Origin: Octopus sinensis
Taxonomy: Eukaryota
NCBI RefSeq assembly: GCF_006345805.1
Contig: NC_043012.1
Coordinates: 1,860,001-1,924,000 of the forward strand
DNA: 64,000 nucleotides
Direction: 5' to 3'
Positions within the stretch are counted from its first letter, which is position 1. The number at the start of each line of letters is the position of its first letter. This document shows positions 24,518-38,292 of the stretch, piece by piece. Below the pieces are notes generated by a model. It was not told where the DNA came from and did not search any database. It was given only the letters and a program-made list of their open reading frames with translations. Made by a program: the position numbers and the translations under genes.

Positions 24518-26269
24518 GTAATGTCTCTTTCATCGAATCAATCTCCTCGTTTTGTGACTGTCTACCTACCTACTTTTATATCTATTTATCTATCTATCTA
24601 TCTCTTTATCTATCTATCTATCTGTCTATCTATCTATCTCCTCTATCTGTCTATCTATCTCTTTCTCTATCTATCTATCTATCTATCTCTTTCTCTATCT
24701 ATCTATCTATCTATCTGTCTATCTATCTCTTTATCTATCTATTTGTCTATCTATCTATCTCTTTATCTATCTATTTGTCTATCTACCTGGCTTGCTGTCT
24801 CTGTCCATTTGTCTAGCTAGCTACCTATCTTTCTGTCTGTCTACATTGTGTGTATGTGTAAATGAAATGGACTATGTCTACGTTGTCTTAATTTTAATTA
24901 GCAGAAGTTACACAAGAGGGACACAAAGAGACAAAGGTGAATTATGTGTGAGAGAAAGAGAGAAATTATGTGAGGCAGCCTGTATGAATAAATGTGTTTA
25001 TATACATATGTAAGAGAAAGTGGATGTAGAGATGTATGGAGATTGTTTGCGTGTATGTGAACCATATTCAATAGTAACAATTTAAAAATCGAACGAGAGA
25101 GAGTGTCCATGGATAAATACTCGAGATTTGGCCTAATTTCTGTTACAACTCAAATCAACTGCTCAATTATTGATTCTTGATTTTTCACGGATGGTCTAGG
25201 AAAGAGGGTTTTCCAAGCCTTAACTTAACATGCGCAGACAACAGTAACCCTTAAGTTTCATCTACAAAACCTAGGTAGGATTTTGGTAGCTGCTAATGCT
25301 TCAAATACTGCTTGATCAGTGGGAAATTCTTATAGTTTTGATAATTTTTTTTTTTTCAAAATTATTATTACTTTAGTTACTAAAAAAACAATTAGTTTCA
25401 AGTTTTCAACCAAAGTTGGCATATCTATTTAATTGTGCCCCTACCCTGTCCGATCTTGTTTCTTAATTACTTTCAGAAAAACGGGTACTTTTTAATGAAA
25501 TAAATTTTCTACACATGCCTCTCAGATAATCGGAATTTAATTTGAAAAAAAAAAAATTACTGGGCGCGCGCGCGCGCATGCATATACTGAGAGACATCTT
25601 ACAAATTTTTCGAAGTTTCAAGTTTCATTTCTTTCTTTGACGTATCAGTATTTGTGGGCACCCATAATTCTTTTGTTTTTTTTCACATTAAATTCTGATA
25701 TAATTGTAATCTACACCACCTGAAAGGTATTTGTAGAAAATTTCATCAAAATATATCCATTTTTCTGAAAGTTATAAGGAAACAGAGGCGGAGAGGAAGG
25801 GCACACTTATATATGTCCCAAAGTCTTCTTAATTAGATATGTAGAATTGTGTCGTAATAGTTTGATTTCTCACTCTTAAACTTCAAAACACTCCCCGACG
25901 GTCATAGCATTAATCGTAAGAAACATTTTGCTAAAATGTTTCAGACTTTAAATAGATTCTTTAAAATAAATATTGTACTTTTCTCTTTAGGTTTTGATGA
26001 CGAAATTTAAGCTTAATCGAAGCTTCCCAGCGAGCGTGGCCCCTCCGTGACCTTTTCGACCTATTAGAAATAGTAGCCAAATGTGTCAGACTTTTATGAC
26101 TTAACGACTTAACAAAAGAAAAGGACTTGTACGATAAAATAGGTTCAAATAAATACGACTGGAACATCATTGATTATGGTTGACAAATTTCCCTAACAGA
26201 GCTTTCGATAAAACTCTGAACATCGCTACGTATTGAATGAAGTGAGACAGGAATGTTTCCTTTCTACCC

Positions 26270-26641
26270 TAGGCACAAGTCCTGAAATTTTGGGGGAGGA
26301 GGCCAGTCGATTAGATCGACCCAGTATGCAACTGGTACTTCATTCATCGATCCCGAAAAGATGAAAGGCAAAGTCGACCTCGGCGGAATTTGAACTCAGA
26401 ACGTAAAGACAGACGAAATACCTATTTCTTTACTACCCACAGAGAGGACAAACAAGGACAGACAAACGGATTAAGTCGATTACATCGACCCCAGTGCGTA
26501 ACTGGTACTTAATTTATCGACCCCGAAAGGATGAAAGGCAAAGTCGACCTCGGCGGAATTTGAACTCGGAACGTAACGGCAGACGAAAAACCGCAAAGCA
26601 TTTCGCCCGCCGTGCTAACGTTTCAGCCAGCTCACCGCCTT
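26270..26641 (-). mobile_element. Tandem SINE B copies (26423-26641 young)
   Basis: The family core is present twice. Confidence 0.88.
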
Positions 26642-27050
26642 GAAGTGAGATAGGAATATGTGATAACAATGCTTTCCTATGACTACAGTTTGGTGCAAGC
26701 ATGGCTGTGCGGTTAGAAAGTTCGCAACTACATGGTTTCAGATTCGGTCCCACTGAACGGCATCTTGGACATGTGTCTTGAAGCCCTGAGCCGACTAATA
26801 CTTTGCAAATAGAAGCCTGTCGTGTATATGTATGGATAGTGTATATTTTTCCCTGCTCACCACCACAACCACTATTGGTTTGTTTGCGTCCCGGTAACTT
26901 AACGATTCAGCAAAAGAAACTGACAGGAATAAGTGCCAGACTTTAATAAATAAAAAAAAAAGTACTGGATATGATTTGTTCGACTTAAAAGTGGTGCCCT
27001 AGCATGGCCGTAACCCAATGATCGAAACAAGTAAAAGAATAATTCTGAAT

Positions 27051-27408
27051 AGGCGCAGGAGTGGCTGTGTGGTAAGTAGTTTGCTTACCAACCACATGGT
27101 TCCGGGTTCAGTCCCACTGCGTAGCACCTTGGGCAAGTGTCTTCTCCTAGAGCCTCGGGTCGACCAAAGCCTTGTGAGTGGATTTGGTAGACGGAAACTG
27201 AAAGAAGCCTGTCATATATATATTTGTGTGTGTGTCGCTCGACATCCGTTGTTGGTGTGTTTACGCCCCCGTAACTTAACAGTTCTACAAAAAGAGACCG
27301 ATAGAATAAGTACTAAGCTTACAAAGAATAAGCCCTGGAGTCGATTTGTTCGACTAAAGGCAGTGCTCCAGCATGACCGCATTCAAAAGACTGAAACAAA
27401 TAAAAGAA
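27051..27408 (+). mobile_element. Full-length SINE A
   Basis: Family head and tail are both present. Confidence 0.9.
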
Positions 27409-28892
27409 AACTATAATCGCAGATGCTTAAAACATTAATTAGAAAAAAATATTTCAGTAACAGAAAGTTAAAACTAAGAAAGAAATTACTGAAAAATGGA
27501 GAGAAGTAAAGAAAAGAAATAACACTACCCAGTTTTTATCTTCTTTCAGATTATGGTTTTTGGCGCACTAAATAATTCCCGACTCTTTTGTATAGGAATG
27601 CCTGGAGGCAATATTACACCCACCCACCCCCAGTGTATGCTTAAGCCTACCATTGCCGCTGTTGCTGATTAAGAGGTAGAAAGCCACCACTTTTGGTGGA
27701 TATGATCGACCTCAGTACCCTGATTGGTGGTTTATTTCACCAAACCCTCTCTTCTGGGGTAGTAGAACGAAAGGCCAAGTTAAATAAGGCGGGATTTGAA
27801 TTCAGAATGTAAGAGCTAGAAGAAACCCGCACAGCTTTTTATCCAACGATTCTACCAGCTTTGTCGCCCTCATCCTGTTTATTACAATAAAAATAGAAAA
27901 TATTCGGTTGGATAGTCCGTTGTAATTTTCATTACTGAATAATTTCGATTTTGTATAGTAGTGCGATAAACATGAAACTAGGAAATTGTTTTTCATTTGT
28001 CTTCCGATATCATGTAAATCACGAACTATAATACAATCAAAATAAATTTCCTACATTGGATAGTTAAAAGGACATAAACTTTTTTTTTTTTTTTTCGGAG
28101 AAGGTGGGGTTTAAAACAAAATTAATTTTGAAGGAATTTCTTTAACGTAATCGTTATCTACACACTCGAAAACGTATCCTTTCAAGAATCTCGCTATGGT
28201 ATCTGCTTTAATATGACGAAATAAGGTTAGGGGCAGGTGGTGCACTAAACTGTAGTTATGCCTCTATGTTTCCGACAGCTTTCTTTTTGCTTGATGCGTT
28301 TCACTTTTTTTACATGCCATTTCTTGGCAAGACTTCCGCCCGTTCCCAAAAGAACCACACTTTAAAATTTGGGTTTTTTTTATATATATAGACCCCCCCC
28401 CCATCCTTTTCGGCTACGGGGAATATGAATTTGCAAAAAAATTGGCAAAAATCGACATTTCTAAATTAACACCCCCACCACCCCTGTTTCCTTCATTTTA
28501 AATTTTTTTTCGTTATTCTTTTTTCAAATTATGTGGGAAAATATGGAGATTATGATTCTGAAAAACATTTCCAAAAATCTTTGTAAAATTCTTTAAAAAA
28601 AATTACAAAAATAAATAAATTTGGGAGAACCCTAACCCCAACCCATTTCTTTGACTATTCATCGAGGGAAACTCTATTCGGTCATTCAACTTGCGATGTC
28701 ACCAATTGTGGTAATTAATGATGTCACATGCCTGATTTACCAGCACTATAGATCTCTCGGACAGAGAAATGCACTGAGGCCCCTACATAACCATAACAGG
28801 ACATTGTTACATCTTAGAGGAACTACCTCTTCCTACACAGAATCCTGAATTATTTTTAATTCTTGTATGTCATAAAACGTTATGGCCAATAC

Positions 28893-29294
28893 GGTAATTG
28901 TTCAGTTTGGTTAGAATACAAAAGTAACTAAAAATTAAGGTGGAGATAGATATTGAAGTAAAAGAAGCAAACGGACGAATCAATCATTCAATTAGGAAAA
29001 GCTGGAGACAACATTATTAAGTGGTCGGCACGGCGTCGACTAATTATGAATGTGTACGTTCACCTGTGAAAACTGTAATTCACCATGTGGACTTTCTACA
29101 CGTGGTGACGTTACTGATGGAAAATTATGGCACTGCAAGCGTTGTAAAAGGAACAAATCTGTTCGTTATTCATTTTTTTTTTTTGAGAGAAGTCGAAATC
29201 GTATTTCGCCAGAGTTTGTTGTGTAAAAAGTTGACTTTATCTTCCCCTTAATTTTAAATTTACTTTTTAAATTTAACCAAACTGAGCAATTACC
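28893..29294 (+). mobile_element. Merlin (IS1595/ISXO2-like) internal-deletion derivative, 402 bp
   Basis: TIRs ggtaattgttcagtttggtta / taaccaaactgagcaattacc, extending imperfectly to about 55 bp. Remnant N-terminus CENC...DGKLWHCKRC...SVRYSFF. Confidence 0.75.
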
Positions 29295-29847
29295 GGCTTA
29301 ATACTAGACCCATAAAACTTCATGGCCAATAAATTTTGAGTTACAACATAAAAGGTTGAATTTGTGCTTCCTTTGCCATACTTTTATGTATATATATATA
29401 TGTGACCCTGCGTGTCTGTGTAGGCACACGTCTGTATATATGTATGTCTATTTCGTTGATGGTTAGTATCCTAGGAGCTGGAAGTTTTACTTTTTTTCCT
29501 CTTATTGCAATTTGGGTGATTAATTTGCGGCGGAGGTAAAGAATACGTAACACCACCCGTTTTCGGAGTAACAAAAGCCATAACTCTAACTATTCTGTGT
29601 ACGTATTCTTTATTTTCGCCATATTTTGCTTTATCTATACACTCCTTAATTAAGAAGCTTAACTTCGTTAATTGTTTTTTTTTTTAAACGAATGCATTAA
29701 CATAACGCCAATAATTTCAATACGATACTGTTTCGCTGTTTTGTATCCGAATTTCGCAGTGGGGCGACTGCATTTCTTTACCTGCCGCCACAATTTGCTG
29801 TGATTATGGTTTACCTTAAAAATCAATTAACGAAGTTAATAATTATA

Positions 29848-30300
29848 CGGTACCGTAACTCTTATCCGGCTTCAAAAACTCTGGGAATACTGTGTAATAC
29901 CATGCAATATACTATACCCTGTATTGCGTAAATATACCTTGCTTTGGGGGTTGGCTAATATGCATACGGTGTATTAAAAATACTTTTGTTCTTTACTTTT
30001 TATGTGGAAGATTAAACATTATATTAATTTGTACCAGAATCTGTTAAATAAAATCATGTTCTTTACTTAACTTCATTTAATTTTCATCCTTATATGCATT
30101 ATATTGTATGCCTGGTACAGTATGATATATTTTAAGAATTTTCAGTGGACTAATCAAACAGACTCTGTTTTAGGGGTGTATATAATACAATTTAGCTCTT
30201 TTCATAGTTTATTTTGTATTTTAAATACATATTTGGACCGTCTCCGAGAAATCCAGAATACTTCCGGTCGCAAGCTTGCCGGATAATCAGTCTGGTACTG
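29848..30300. mobile_element. pogo/Tigger-like MITE
   Basis: TA-flanked imperfect TIRs cggtacc...ttatccggc / gccggataa...ggtactg. Confidence 0.5.
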
Positions 30301-30460
30301 TATAACATCAAAATAATCTAAGTTTTAAAAGATAACGAAATCCCAGCTCTTCGACCGCTAACAAACAACGAAAATTGACATAAATACTAACATAGGACCA
30401 TTAAATGAACCAGTCTGCTTGCGGTTTTGCTAAAAGAATATGGATCAAAGAATCATTTTT

Positions 30461-31069
30461 GGATCTTTATCTTTTGACCTACAGATTTAAAAAATAATTT
30501 TTTGTAACTAAACACTTTCAAACTTCGGACACTGATAGAATGTGTCATATAAAAGATCTTTTACTTTTAGCATTTTTAAGAAAAACTTATATTTACGAAG
30601 TTATTTCACGTTAAAGTTCTCGTATTTCAGTAATTTCAACCAATCACTGACGTGTATTCAGCTGAATAAAATTACTGCTGTTTGTCAACAAGAACTTCCG
30701 GTGGTGTATCTTTCGTTTGTCAGTTATTTATGACAACCCTAACCTTAACACCCTAACCCTAAAACCTTAAAACCAGTACAAACGCACGAATGATGTCATA
30801 AATAACAGTGACAAACGAAAAATACACCGCCGATAGTTCTTGTTGACAAACAACGGCAGTAATTTTATTCAGCTGAATACATGTCAATGATTGGTTGAAA
30901 TTACCAAAATATGAGAACTTTAACATGAAATAACTTCGTAAAAATTTTTCTCAAAAATGCTAAGAGTAAAAGCTGTTTTATATGACACATTCTACCAGTG
31001 TCCGAAGTTTGAAAGTGTTTAGTTACAAAAAATTATTTTTTAAATCTGTCGGTCAAAAGGTAAAGATCC
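30461..31069. mobile_element. Foldback/MITE with ~275-bp arms and a telomere-like loop
   Basis: 30461-30735 is the reverse complement of 30794-31069. The loop contains accctaaccttaacaccctaaccctaa. Confidence 0.85.
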
Positions 31070-31094
31070 GAAATTATACTTTCTTACACAGACA

Positions 31095-31890
31095 CGGTCT
31101 CAACATTTGATAGGGAACCGATTAGTCGAGCCTAGTACTTGACTGGAACTTTATTTTATCAACACTGAGGTGGGAGGTGAAAGGCAAAGTTGACATCGAC
31201 AGGATTTGAACTCAGCAGAAATTATAGTAATGATATTTGTAACTTAGACACAAAGCCAGTGATTTTGATGCGATAAGGATTAGTCGATATCACCGACCCC
31301 ATTATTTGACTGATGCTTTATGTTATCGAACGCAAAAATGTAAAAGGCAGAGTTGACCTCAGAACATAAAGAGCCCAAAGAAATATCGTTAAGCATTTTG
31401 TCCAACGCACTAACAGTTCTATCAGCTCCTCGCCTGTGATATAATTCTTTCTTCTATAGACAGAAGGCCTAAAATTTTGGTGAAAGGGACTTGTCAATTA
31501 CATCAACTCCAGTGTGCTTGACTGGTACTTATTTTATCGACCCTGAACGTATGAAAGGCAAAATTGGTCTAAGTGTATTTGAACTCATAATGTAAAAGAG
31601 CTGGAAGAAATGCAACTTGGCATTTTGTCTGATGCGCTGGCAATTCTTCCAGCTCACCACCTTAGACATAATAATCCTTTCTATCATAGGCATAAGGCCT
31701 GAAGTTTTGAGGGAGGGAACTAGTTGATTACATCGACCCCCCAGTGTTCAACTGCTACTTATTTTATTGGCCCCGAAAGGGTGAAAGGCAAAGTCGACTT
31801 CAGTGGAATTCGAAGTCAGAATGTAAAAACAGATGAAATGCCGCTATACATTTTGTCCGACGTGCTAACAATTCTGACTACTTACTGCCT
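31095..31890 (-). mobile_element. Cluster of about four degraded SINE B copies abutting the 3' end of the second Tx1
   Basis: Repeated gaaaggcaaagtcgac...gaactcagaa motifs. Confidence 0.75.
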
Positions 31891-31904
31891 GAATGATGAT
31901 AATA

Positions 31905-34290
31905 ATAATAATTTCATTATTGACCACAAAGGATTTACATAAAAAAGCATTATGGACAACACAGGACAAATACAGTGTGGGGTTACATGTAAGTCATGTG
32001 AACAATGTAAAACAAAAACAATAATTGAATATAACACCAAAATTCCCCAAAAGAGGGAAACCTCCCAGGGCTGCTCATGAAAACCCCACAAGTCCACAAC
32101 AGTCCTAACCACCAGGGTAAATGCCCTTTCCACTTTGTATACAGGTGCATGCTTAGAGTAAGCTCATTCACTCTGGCCATTCTTGCGATATTCACTCACC
32201 TTTTAACAAAATTGCTGGGAGTGCAGAGCTTCCCGCTTCGCCATCACTTTTCCTTTTCAAGTGAAACTTGCAAAAGTTGATGCGGGCTTGGCCAGAGAAG
32301 AAAGTATCTGTCTTCATCCCTTTCATTCTAGTCCACCACACAACCTCTTTTGCTAAGGCCACCAGGCAAAGAAAACGAGCCTGCCCTTCCCGGCCAAATG
32401 ATGAACTCAGCTGATAGCCAGATTCGTCCTACATGCACCAACAGGTATTCAACATAAACTCACTAGTCAGAAAAACTCAGGCTCTGAACAAGAGCATGCA
32501 GAACAGTTTCATTGCTCTGAGTGCATCTTGGACAAGCCCAGCTGACTGCACTTCCATGCCTGTAGAGTTTATCTCGAACAGGTAGTTCCTCCCTCCCCCT
32601 AGTAGTACTGCCAGGCCAAGGATTTCTGAAAATTATCAATAGGCCCCAGCCCAAAAGATCTCCAGAACAGACCAACCAACTTGTTCTTGTCAATGCCCAT
32701 AGTCTCCCCCAAGAATGTTGTTGCACTTACCTATCACTAGCCCTCTATAGAATGCCATAGTAGAATTCCCACTGATGACACTCTATGTGCCAGGCGCCCC
32801 AGGACTGCAGCTCAGCCAAAGAGACAAGCCATGGTAAATCGCATCTGATAAACAGCGACCACACCTGCTCGCCATCTAGAAAGCGCTAGAGATGTTGCAG
32901 CTCATGCACGTTGTCTGCACATCGATAACCATGGCAGCCCAGCCCTCTATTTAGTGGGCATTGACAGCAAATGGAGCACCTGATCTGTGGAACATGTCCC
33001 TACCACAGAGAGTGGAAAAGTCAGCACTCCAGTTTGATCAGACTTGAACCGGGATAGGGCACAACAGTGAGGCGGTAGTAGATGACAGATGTGATATCTG
33101 CTCAATTATTCGGGGATAGCTTTCTCTCAGCCCATTTCTGAGTGTGACTTGTCCAGTTCTTCACCTGGAGATCTGGACTAAACCAGACCTCAAGCAACTT
33201 TACCAGTCCGTCCATCCAGTATCCCACAATGCTGTTGGAAGGCATGGACCTGCCTCTCAAGGTGCCGAGTTGCAGGCCCACTGACTTCTGGTTAATTTTT
33301 GCTCCTGTTACCACCTCATATTCTTTTAGAGCAGTGCCAACCAGGTCTATGTGCTCAGTGTTCGATACTATGGCAGTGATGTTCCCTGCGTATGCCAACA
33401 CTGTTCTCCCACATCATAGTTCATGTGGGATGTTTCTCAGCACTTCCAATTTCCACAGTGGTGGCTCTAGAGACATCACATTCAGGAGAGATGAGATGGG
33501 ATACGCTTGACAGAGCAAACACGAGCTGGAGGTTGTTGTGGATGGATCTGCTTGGAATGACACATGTTTGTGCATCACCAATAAGTTCTTCGATAAGTGC
33601 CAATCTCTTCGCTAGTACCTTGGCCAAAGTTTTGAAGTTTGCATTCAGCAGCATTATGGACCAAATATTTTCTATTTGACCCCCCTTGTTTGGGTTCTTT
33701 CTCACCAGTACCATCACTCCTTGGCCCACAGAACTAGGAATTCTCCCATTCTGCTGCCAGTTGTGGTAGATATCTGCTAACAGGTTGCCAAACAAGTCTG
33801 ACATATAACAACAAAGCTCGTAGGGCAGACCATCCGTACCAAGCGATTTACCCCACCGTGCAACCTATCATCGCATCCTGTATTTCCATGGCTGTTATTG
33901 GCATTCCACAATGCATCACCCCACCTGCCAAGAGTCGTGGCATGCCACTGAGATTGGCACTAAAGTCCATCCTGTGTTTTGGTCCACCATTCGTCCCAAA
34001 CTGATGGGCGAAATGCTGCTGGAATGTCCCATCCACTCAGCCTCAAGCACCATGCACTCACTTTGGCCCACCGAAGACTAAATTGTAACTTTGTTGCCAT
34101 GTTGTGCCTCCACCACTCAGGACCATCAAGTGGCTTTAATTCCTTCGTTTCTTAGCTCTGATAATGCATCCTTCATGTTTAGTATTGAAGAATTGATCGA
34201 GGACCAACATGTCAATTGCAGTGCCTCTCCTAAGTGTCTCTTCTAAGTCCCTAACTAGCTTCCCTTGCTAAACCCAATCGATTCTATTCT
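31905..34290 (-). mobile_element. Degraded second Tx1-like LINE (related family)
   Basis: Fragments homologous to the 19-22 kb ORF2: LPVRDKLYRHGSAVSWACPRC, YAGNITAIVS, LAKVLAKRLALI, VNIARMARVNELTLS. Many stops and frameshifts. The 3' end is caataatgaaa followed by (TTA)n. Confidence 0.9.
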
Positions 34291-35844
34291 AATTGCCACC
34301 ATTTATTGTTATCATTAATGCTTGCTTAACTAATTCATTAATCCCGTCTCTGTAAGCTTGACATGCCGGGAGTGCTGTGTTTAGCTTCCGGTAACTGGTT
34401 TTGGGTTCTGTTCCACTGCCCATCAGCAACTTGGACACTTGTCTTCTATCGTAGCTCCAGGACAACCTATGTCTTGTGAGTGAATTCAATAGACGGAAAC
34501 TATGTCGAAGCTTGTTATGTGTGAATATTTTGTATGAATATGTGTGTATGGGATAGGGTGAGTGTGTGTCTTTGTGTTTGTCTCCCACACCAAAGCTTGA
34601 CAACCAGTGTTGTTTTGTTTACATCCCCATAGCTTAGTGGTTTAGCAAAAGAGACTGATATAATAAGTGTTGGGGTTGATTTGTTTGACTAAATTTTTCA
34701 AGATGGTTTCCCGGCATGGCTGCACTCCAATGACCAAAACAAGTTCTTGTGGAGTGAACTGACAACCCTGCACGAGACTGTCAGTGGACTAGATGAGTCT
34801 TATAAATTGATGAGCCAGTAGACAATTGAGGTCAAACTCATCATCATCATCATTTAATGTTCGCTTTCCATGCTGGCATGAGTTGGACGGTTGGACTGAA
34901 GACTGGCAAGCCAGAAAGTTGCACCAGGCTCCAATCTGATTTGGCAAAGTTTCTACAGATGGATGTCCTTCTTAACACCAACCACTCTGTGAGTGTAGTG
35001 GGTGCTTTTTACCTGCCTTCAGCATGGGAGCCAGACAGGTGGCACTAGCAACACAACAACCATGCTCAAATGGTGCTTCTTACATACCACCAGCATGGAA
35101 CCAGTCAGACGGAACTGGCATCAACCATGTTCATATGGGTCATTTTACGTGCCACCGGCACAGGAGCCAGTCAAGTGGGACGCGCATCGACCGCGCTCGA
35201 ATAGTGCTTTTTACATGCCACCAGCACAGATGCCAGTCATGACAACAATGATTTCACTTGACTCAACCGATCTCAAGCACAGTTTATGGGCCGATGATTC
35301 AAGAGCACTCTTAAATGCGACACTGGCATAGGTCACGGTTATGGTCTCACTTGGCTTGCCGGGTCTTCACAAGCATAGAGAGCATTAATCTCATTATTGA
35401 TTCTGTGTTGAAGTATTGGATTGTTATTGGGTGAAAGGTTATAAGATAACCAACTCTTGTTACATTGCTTATTGTTATATGGCTACATTCGGTACTGTGA
35501 TATATTCTTACACACACACACACACACATCATATATCATCACTGACAATGTAACATAAGTAAAATTAAAACATTTAATTCTGTTTATTAGACTGCCCTAG
35601 CTTATGAATGATGGCCAATATATCAAGTTTCATACATTTAAAATGAAACAATAAAATTGGAAGCATTAGATTTTGTATGAGATTAATTTGATAGGAATTG
35701 AAACTTTATCTTTGGAAAACTTTATCAGTTTGTTGGTACAACTTTAAAGACAAAATAGAGTTTGTTAGGCAAAGTTTAACGAACTCATTAATGCTGATGT
35801 AATTTAGTTGGGCGTGTACATTTTTGTGTTGTATTGTGAACCTA

Positions 35845-37134
35845 TTAGGTTGTCAAGACAGTTCTTGCAGAATTTTTAATTTTGGTTTTAAATGATGTAT
35901 TTTCAAATCAATATTCATTAAATTACTTTGACTTTATATATCATTTTAAAGCCCGTTTTTCGCTCTATCTAATTGTGTTACTCTTTTTCTTTTTGAATAA
36001 TTAGGCCATTTTTTCCGGAATGTTGAATACAACATGGACAAAAAGCAAATTTGCCCAATTTTCTTATTCCAGTTCAAGCTAGGCTGAAAAGCTACTGAAA
36101 CAGCTCACGATATCAACGATGTGTTTGGCGCAGGAACCACTAATGAACATACAGCACAATGGTTGGTGGTTCAAGAAATTTCGTAGCAGTGACGAGAGTC
36201 TTGAAGACGATAAGCGTAGTGGTCAGCCATCGGATGTTGACAACGATCAACTAAGAGCCTTAGCCGAAGCCAATCCATGCACAACTGTTCGAGAGCTTGC
36301 TTCTGAATTAGACGTAACATATACAACAATTTCCAACCACTTGAAAGAGATTGGAAGAACAAAAATACTTGAGAAATGGGTGCTGCACGAATTGAATGAC
36401 AACCAAAAACAATGCCGTCTTGAATTGTTGTCTTCCCTTCTCCTACGCAACAAGAATGACCTGTTTCTCGACTGGATTGTGACTTGCGATGAAAAGTGGA
36501 TTCTTTACGACAACCAGCAATGCTCAGCTCAGTGGTTGGATGCTGATGAAACTCCACAGCACTTCCCAAAGCCAAAGTTGCACCAAAAGAAGGTCATGGT
36601 GACTGTTTGGTGGTCTGTGGCCAGTCTCATCCATCACAGCTTTCTGAAACCATGCGAAACCATTACGGCGGAAAAGTACTGTCAGCAAATGGATGAAATG
36701 CATAAGAAACTCCGACAACAATAGCCAGCATTGGTCAATAGAAAAGGACCAATTCTTCTCCACGACAACGCTTGGCTGCATGTTGTACAACTGACCCTGC
36801 AGAAGTTGAACGAATTGGGCTACGAAACTCTGCCTTATCTGCCATACTCGCCAGACCTCTCGCCTACCGACTACCACTTTTTCAAGCATCTCGACAACTT
36901 CCTGAGTGAGAAATATTTCAAAAACCAAGACAGTGCCAAACACACCTTCAACGACTTCATCTCCACCAGAACACAGGATTTTTACCCTACTGGCATAAGT
37001 AGACTTGTTTCACGTTGGCAAAAGTGTGTTGATTCTGATGATGTTTATTTCAATAAATAAAGTTTTGTTTGAGCTGAGATATATGCATCTGAATTTAAAG
37101 GTTAAAAACCGCAAGAACTTTCTTGACAACCTAA
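35845..37134 (+). mobile_element. Full-length defective mariner (DD34D, cecropia/Hsmar1-like TIR), 1290 bp
   Basis: TIRs ttaggttgtcaagacagttcttgc / gcaagaactttcttgacaacctaa with TA flanks. The transposase at 36034-37060 has WVLHEL, TCDEKW, HDNA and YSPDLSPTDY, plus stops and a frameshift. Confidence 0.97.
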
Positions 37135-37154
37135 TATATATATATATGTATATT

Positions 37155-37480
37155 ACATGGCTCAATGGTTTGAGCATTGGACTCTCAAACGTGAGGTAGT
37201 GAGTTCAATTCCCAGACTGGGCTGTGTGTTGTGTTCTTGAGCAAGACACTTTATTTCACATTGCTCCAGCTCACTCAGGTATAGAAATGAGTTGCGACAT
37301 CACTGGTGCCAAACTGTATTGGCCTTTGCCCTTCCCTTGGATAGCATTGATGGCATTGGAGAGGGAAGGCCGGTATGCATGGGCGACTGCTGGTCATCCA
37401 TAAACAACCTTGCCTGGACTTGTGCCTCAGAGGGGAACCTTTCTAGGTGCAACCCCATGGTCATTCATGGCTGAAGTGGT
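37155..37480 (+). mobile_element. tRNA-derived SINE family E (core gtgttcttgagcaagacactt); other copies at 53529-53848 (-) and ~52810-52900
   Basis: A/B-box-like head tggctcaatggtttgag...gagttcaattccc; the 3' part is shared between copies. Confidence 0.8.
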
Positions 37481-38292
37481 AGCAGGGCTTTACTCTTTAT
37501 ATTTGTATATGTATAGTTTTGTTCTTTCCTCTGTCCCTAGTCTCGTAACTATTTCAAGTCCCTTCTTCTTTATCTCAGTTAATGTTTCTCTTTCAAAGCA
37601 ACTTCCATGATAAAGTGCCAATACTCAGCTGCTGTTGCATCATCATCATTTAATGTCCGTTGTCCATTGCTGAACATGGGTTAGACAGTTTGAACAGAAC
37701 TGGTAAGCTGAGGGGCTGCACCAGACTCCAGTCTGGTTTGGCATGGTTTGTACGGATGGATGCCCATCCTAACACCAACCACTCTGAGAGTGTGATCGGT
37801 GCTTTTACGTGCCACCAGCACAGATGCTAGTTGCATGTTCCTTTATGCAATTATTTATAAGATAATTCATGTAATGGTTTGAGATTAGAAACTCAGTAAC
37901 TAACAGCCGGTGCTGCGGCACAGAAGCAGTTGTTGTATTACATATATATACACATACATAGGTGAGTGGATAAATAAATAAAAGTAACGGTCAACACATT
38001 TGGATGGAGTTCATCATCATCATCATCGTTTAACGTCCGTTTTCCACGCTAGCATGGGTTGGACAATTCGACCAGGGTCTGGGAAGCCAGAAGGCTTCAC
38101 CAGGCTCCAGTCTCATCTGGCAGTGTTTCTACAGCTGGATGCCCTTCCTAACGCCAACCACTCCGCAAGTGTAGTGGGTGCTTTTTATGTGCCAGGGGAG
38201 TCTGGCAGCGGCCACGATCGGTTGGTGCTTTTAATGTGCCACTGGCACGGGAGCCAGTCAAGGCGGTGCTGGAGTTGTATATAGTTTTAATA

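Noticed and set aside
24518-24820. C-terminal 100 aa of the 295-aa homeobox ORF (IYLS repeats)
   Set aside because: This is read-through into a (TATC)n tract; a donor-like site at 24518 precedes it.
25564-25577. (GC)7 run as a Z-DNA regulatory element
   Set aside because: It is too short and isolated to support a functional claim in a microsatellite-rich genome.
34980-35240. Short repeated units with variable spacers in family C copies as a CRISPR-like array
   Set aside because: The context is eukaryotic, units are degenerate tandem duplications with related spacers, and there are no cas genes.
37155-37230. SINE heads (families A, B, D, E) as genuine tRNA genes
   Set aside because: The cloverleaves are degenerate and each is fused to a family-specific body.
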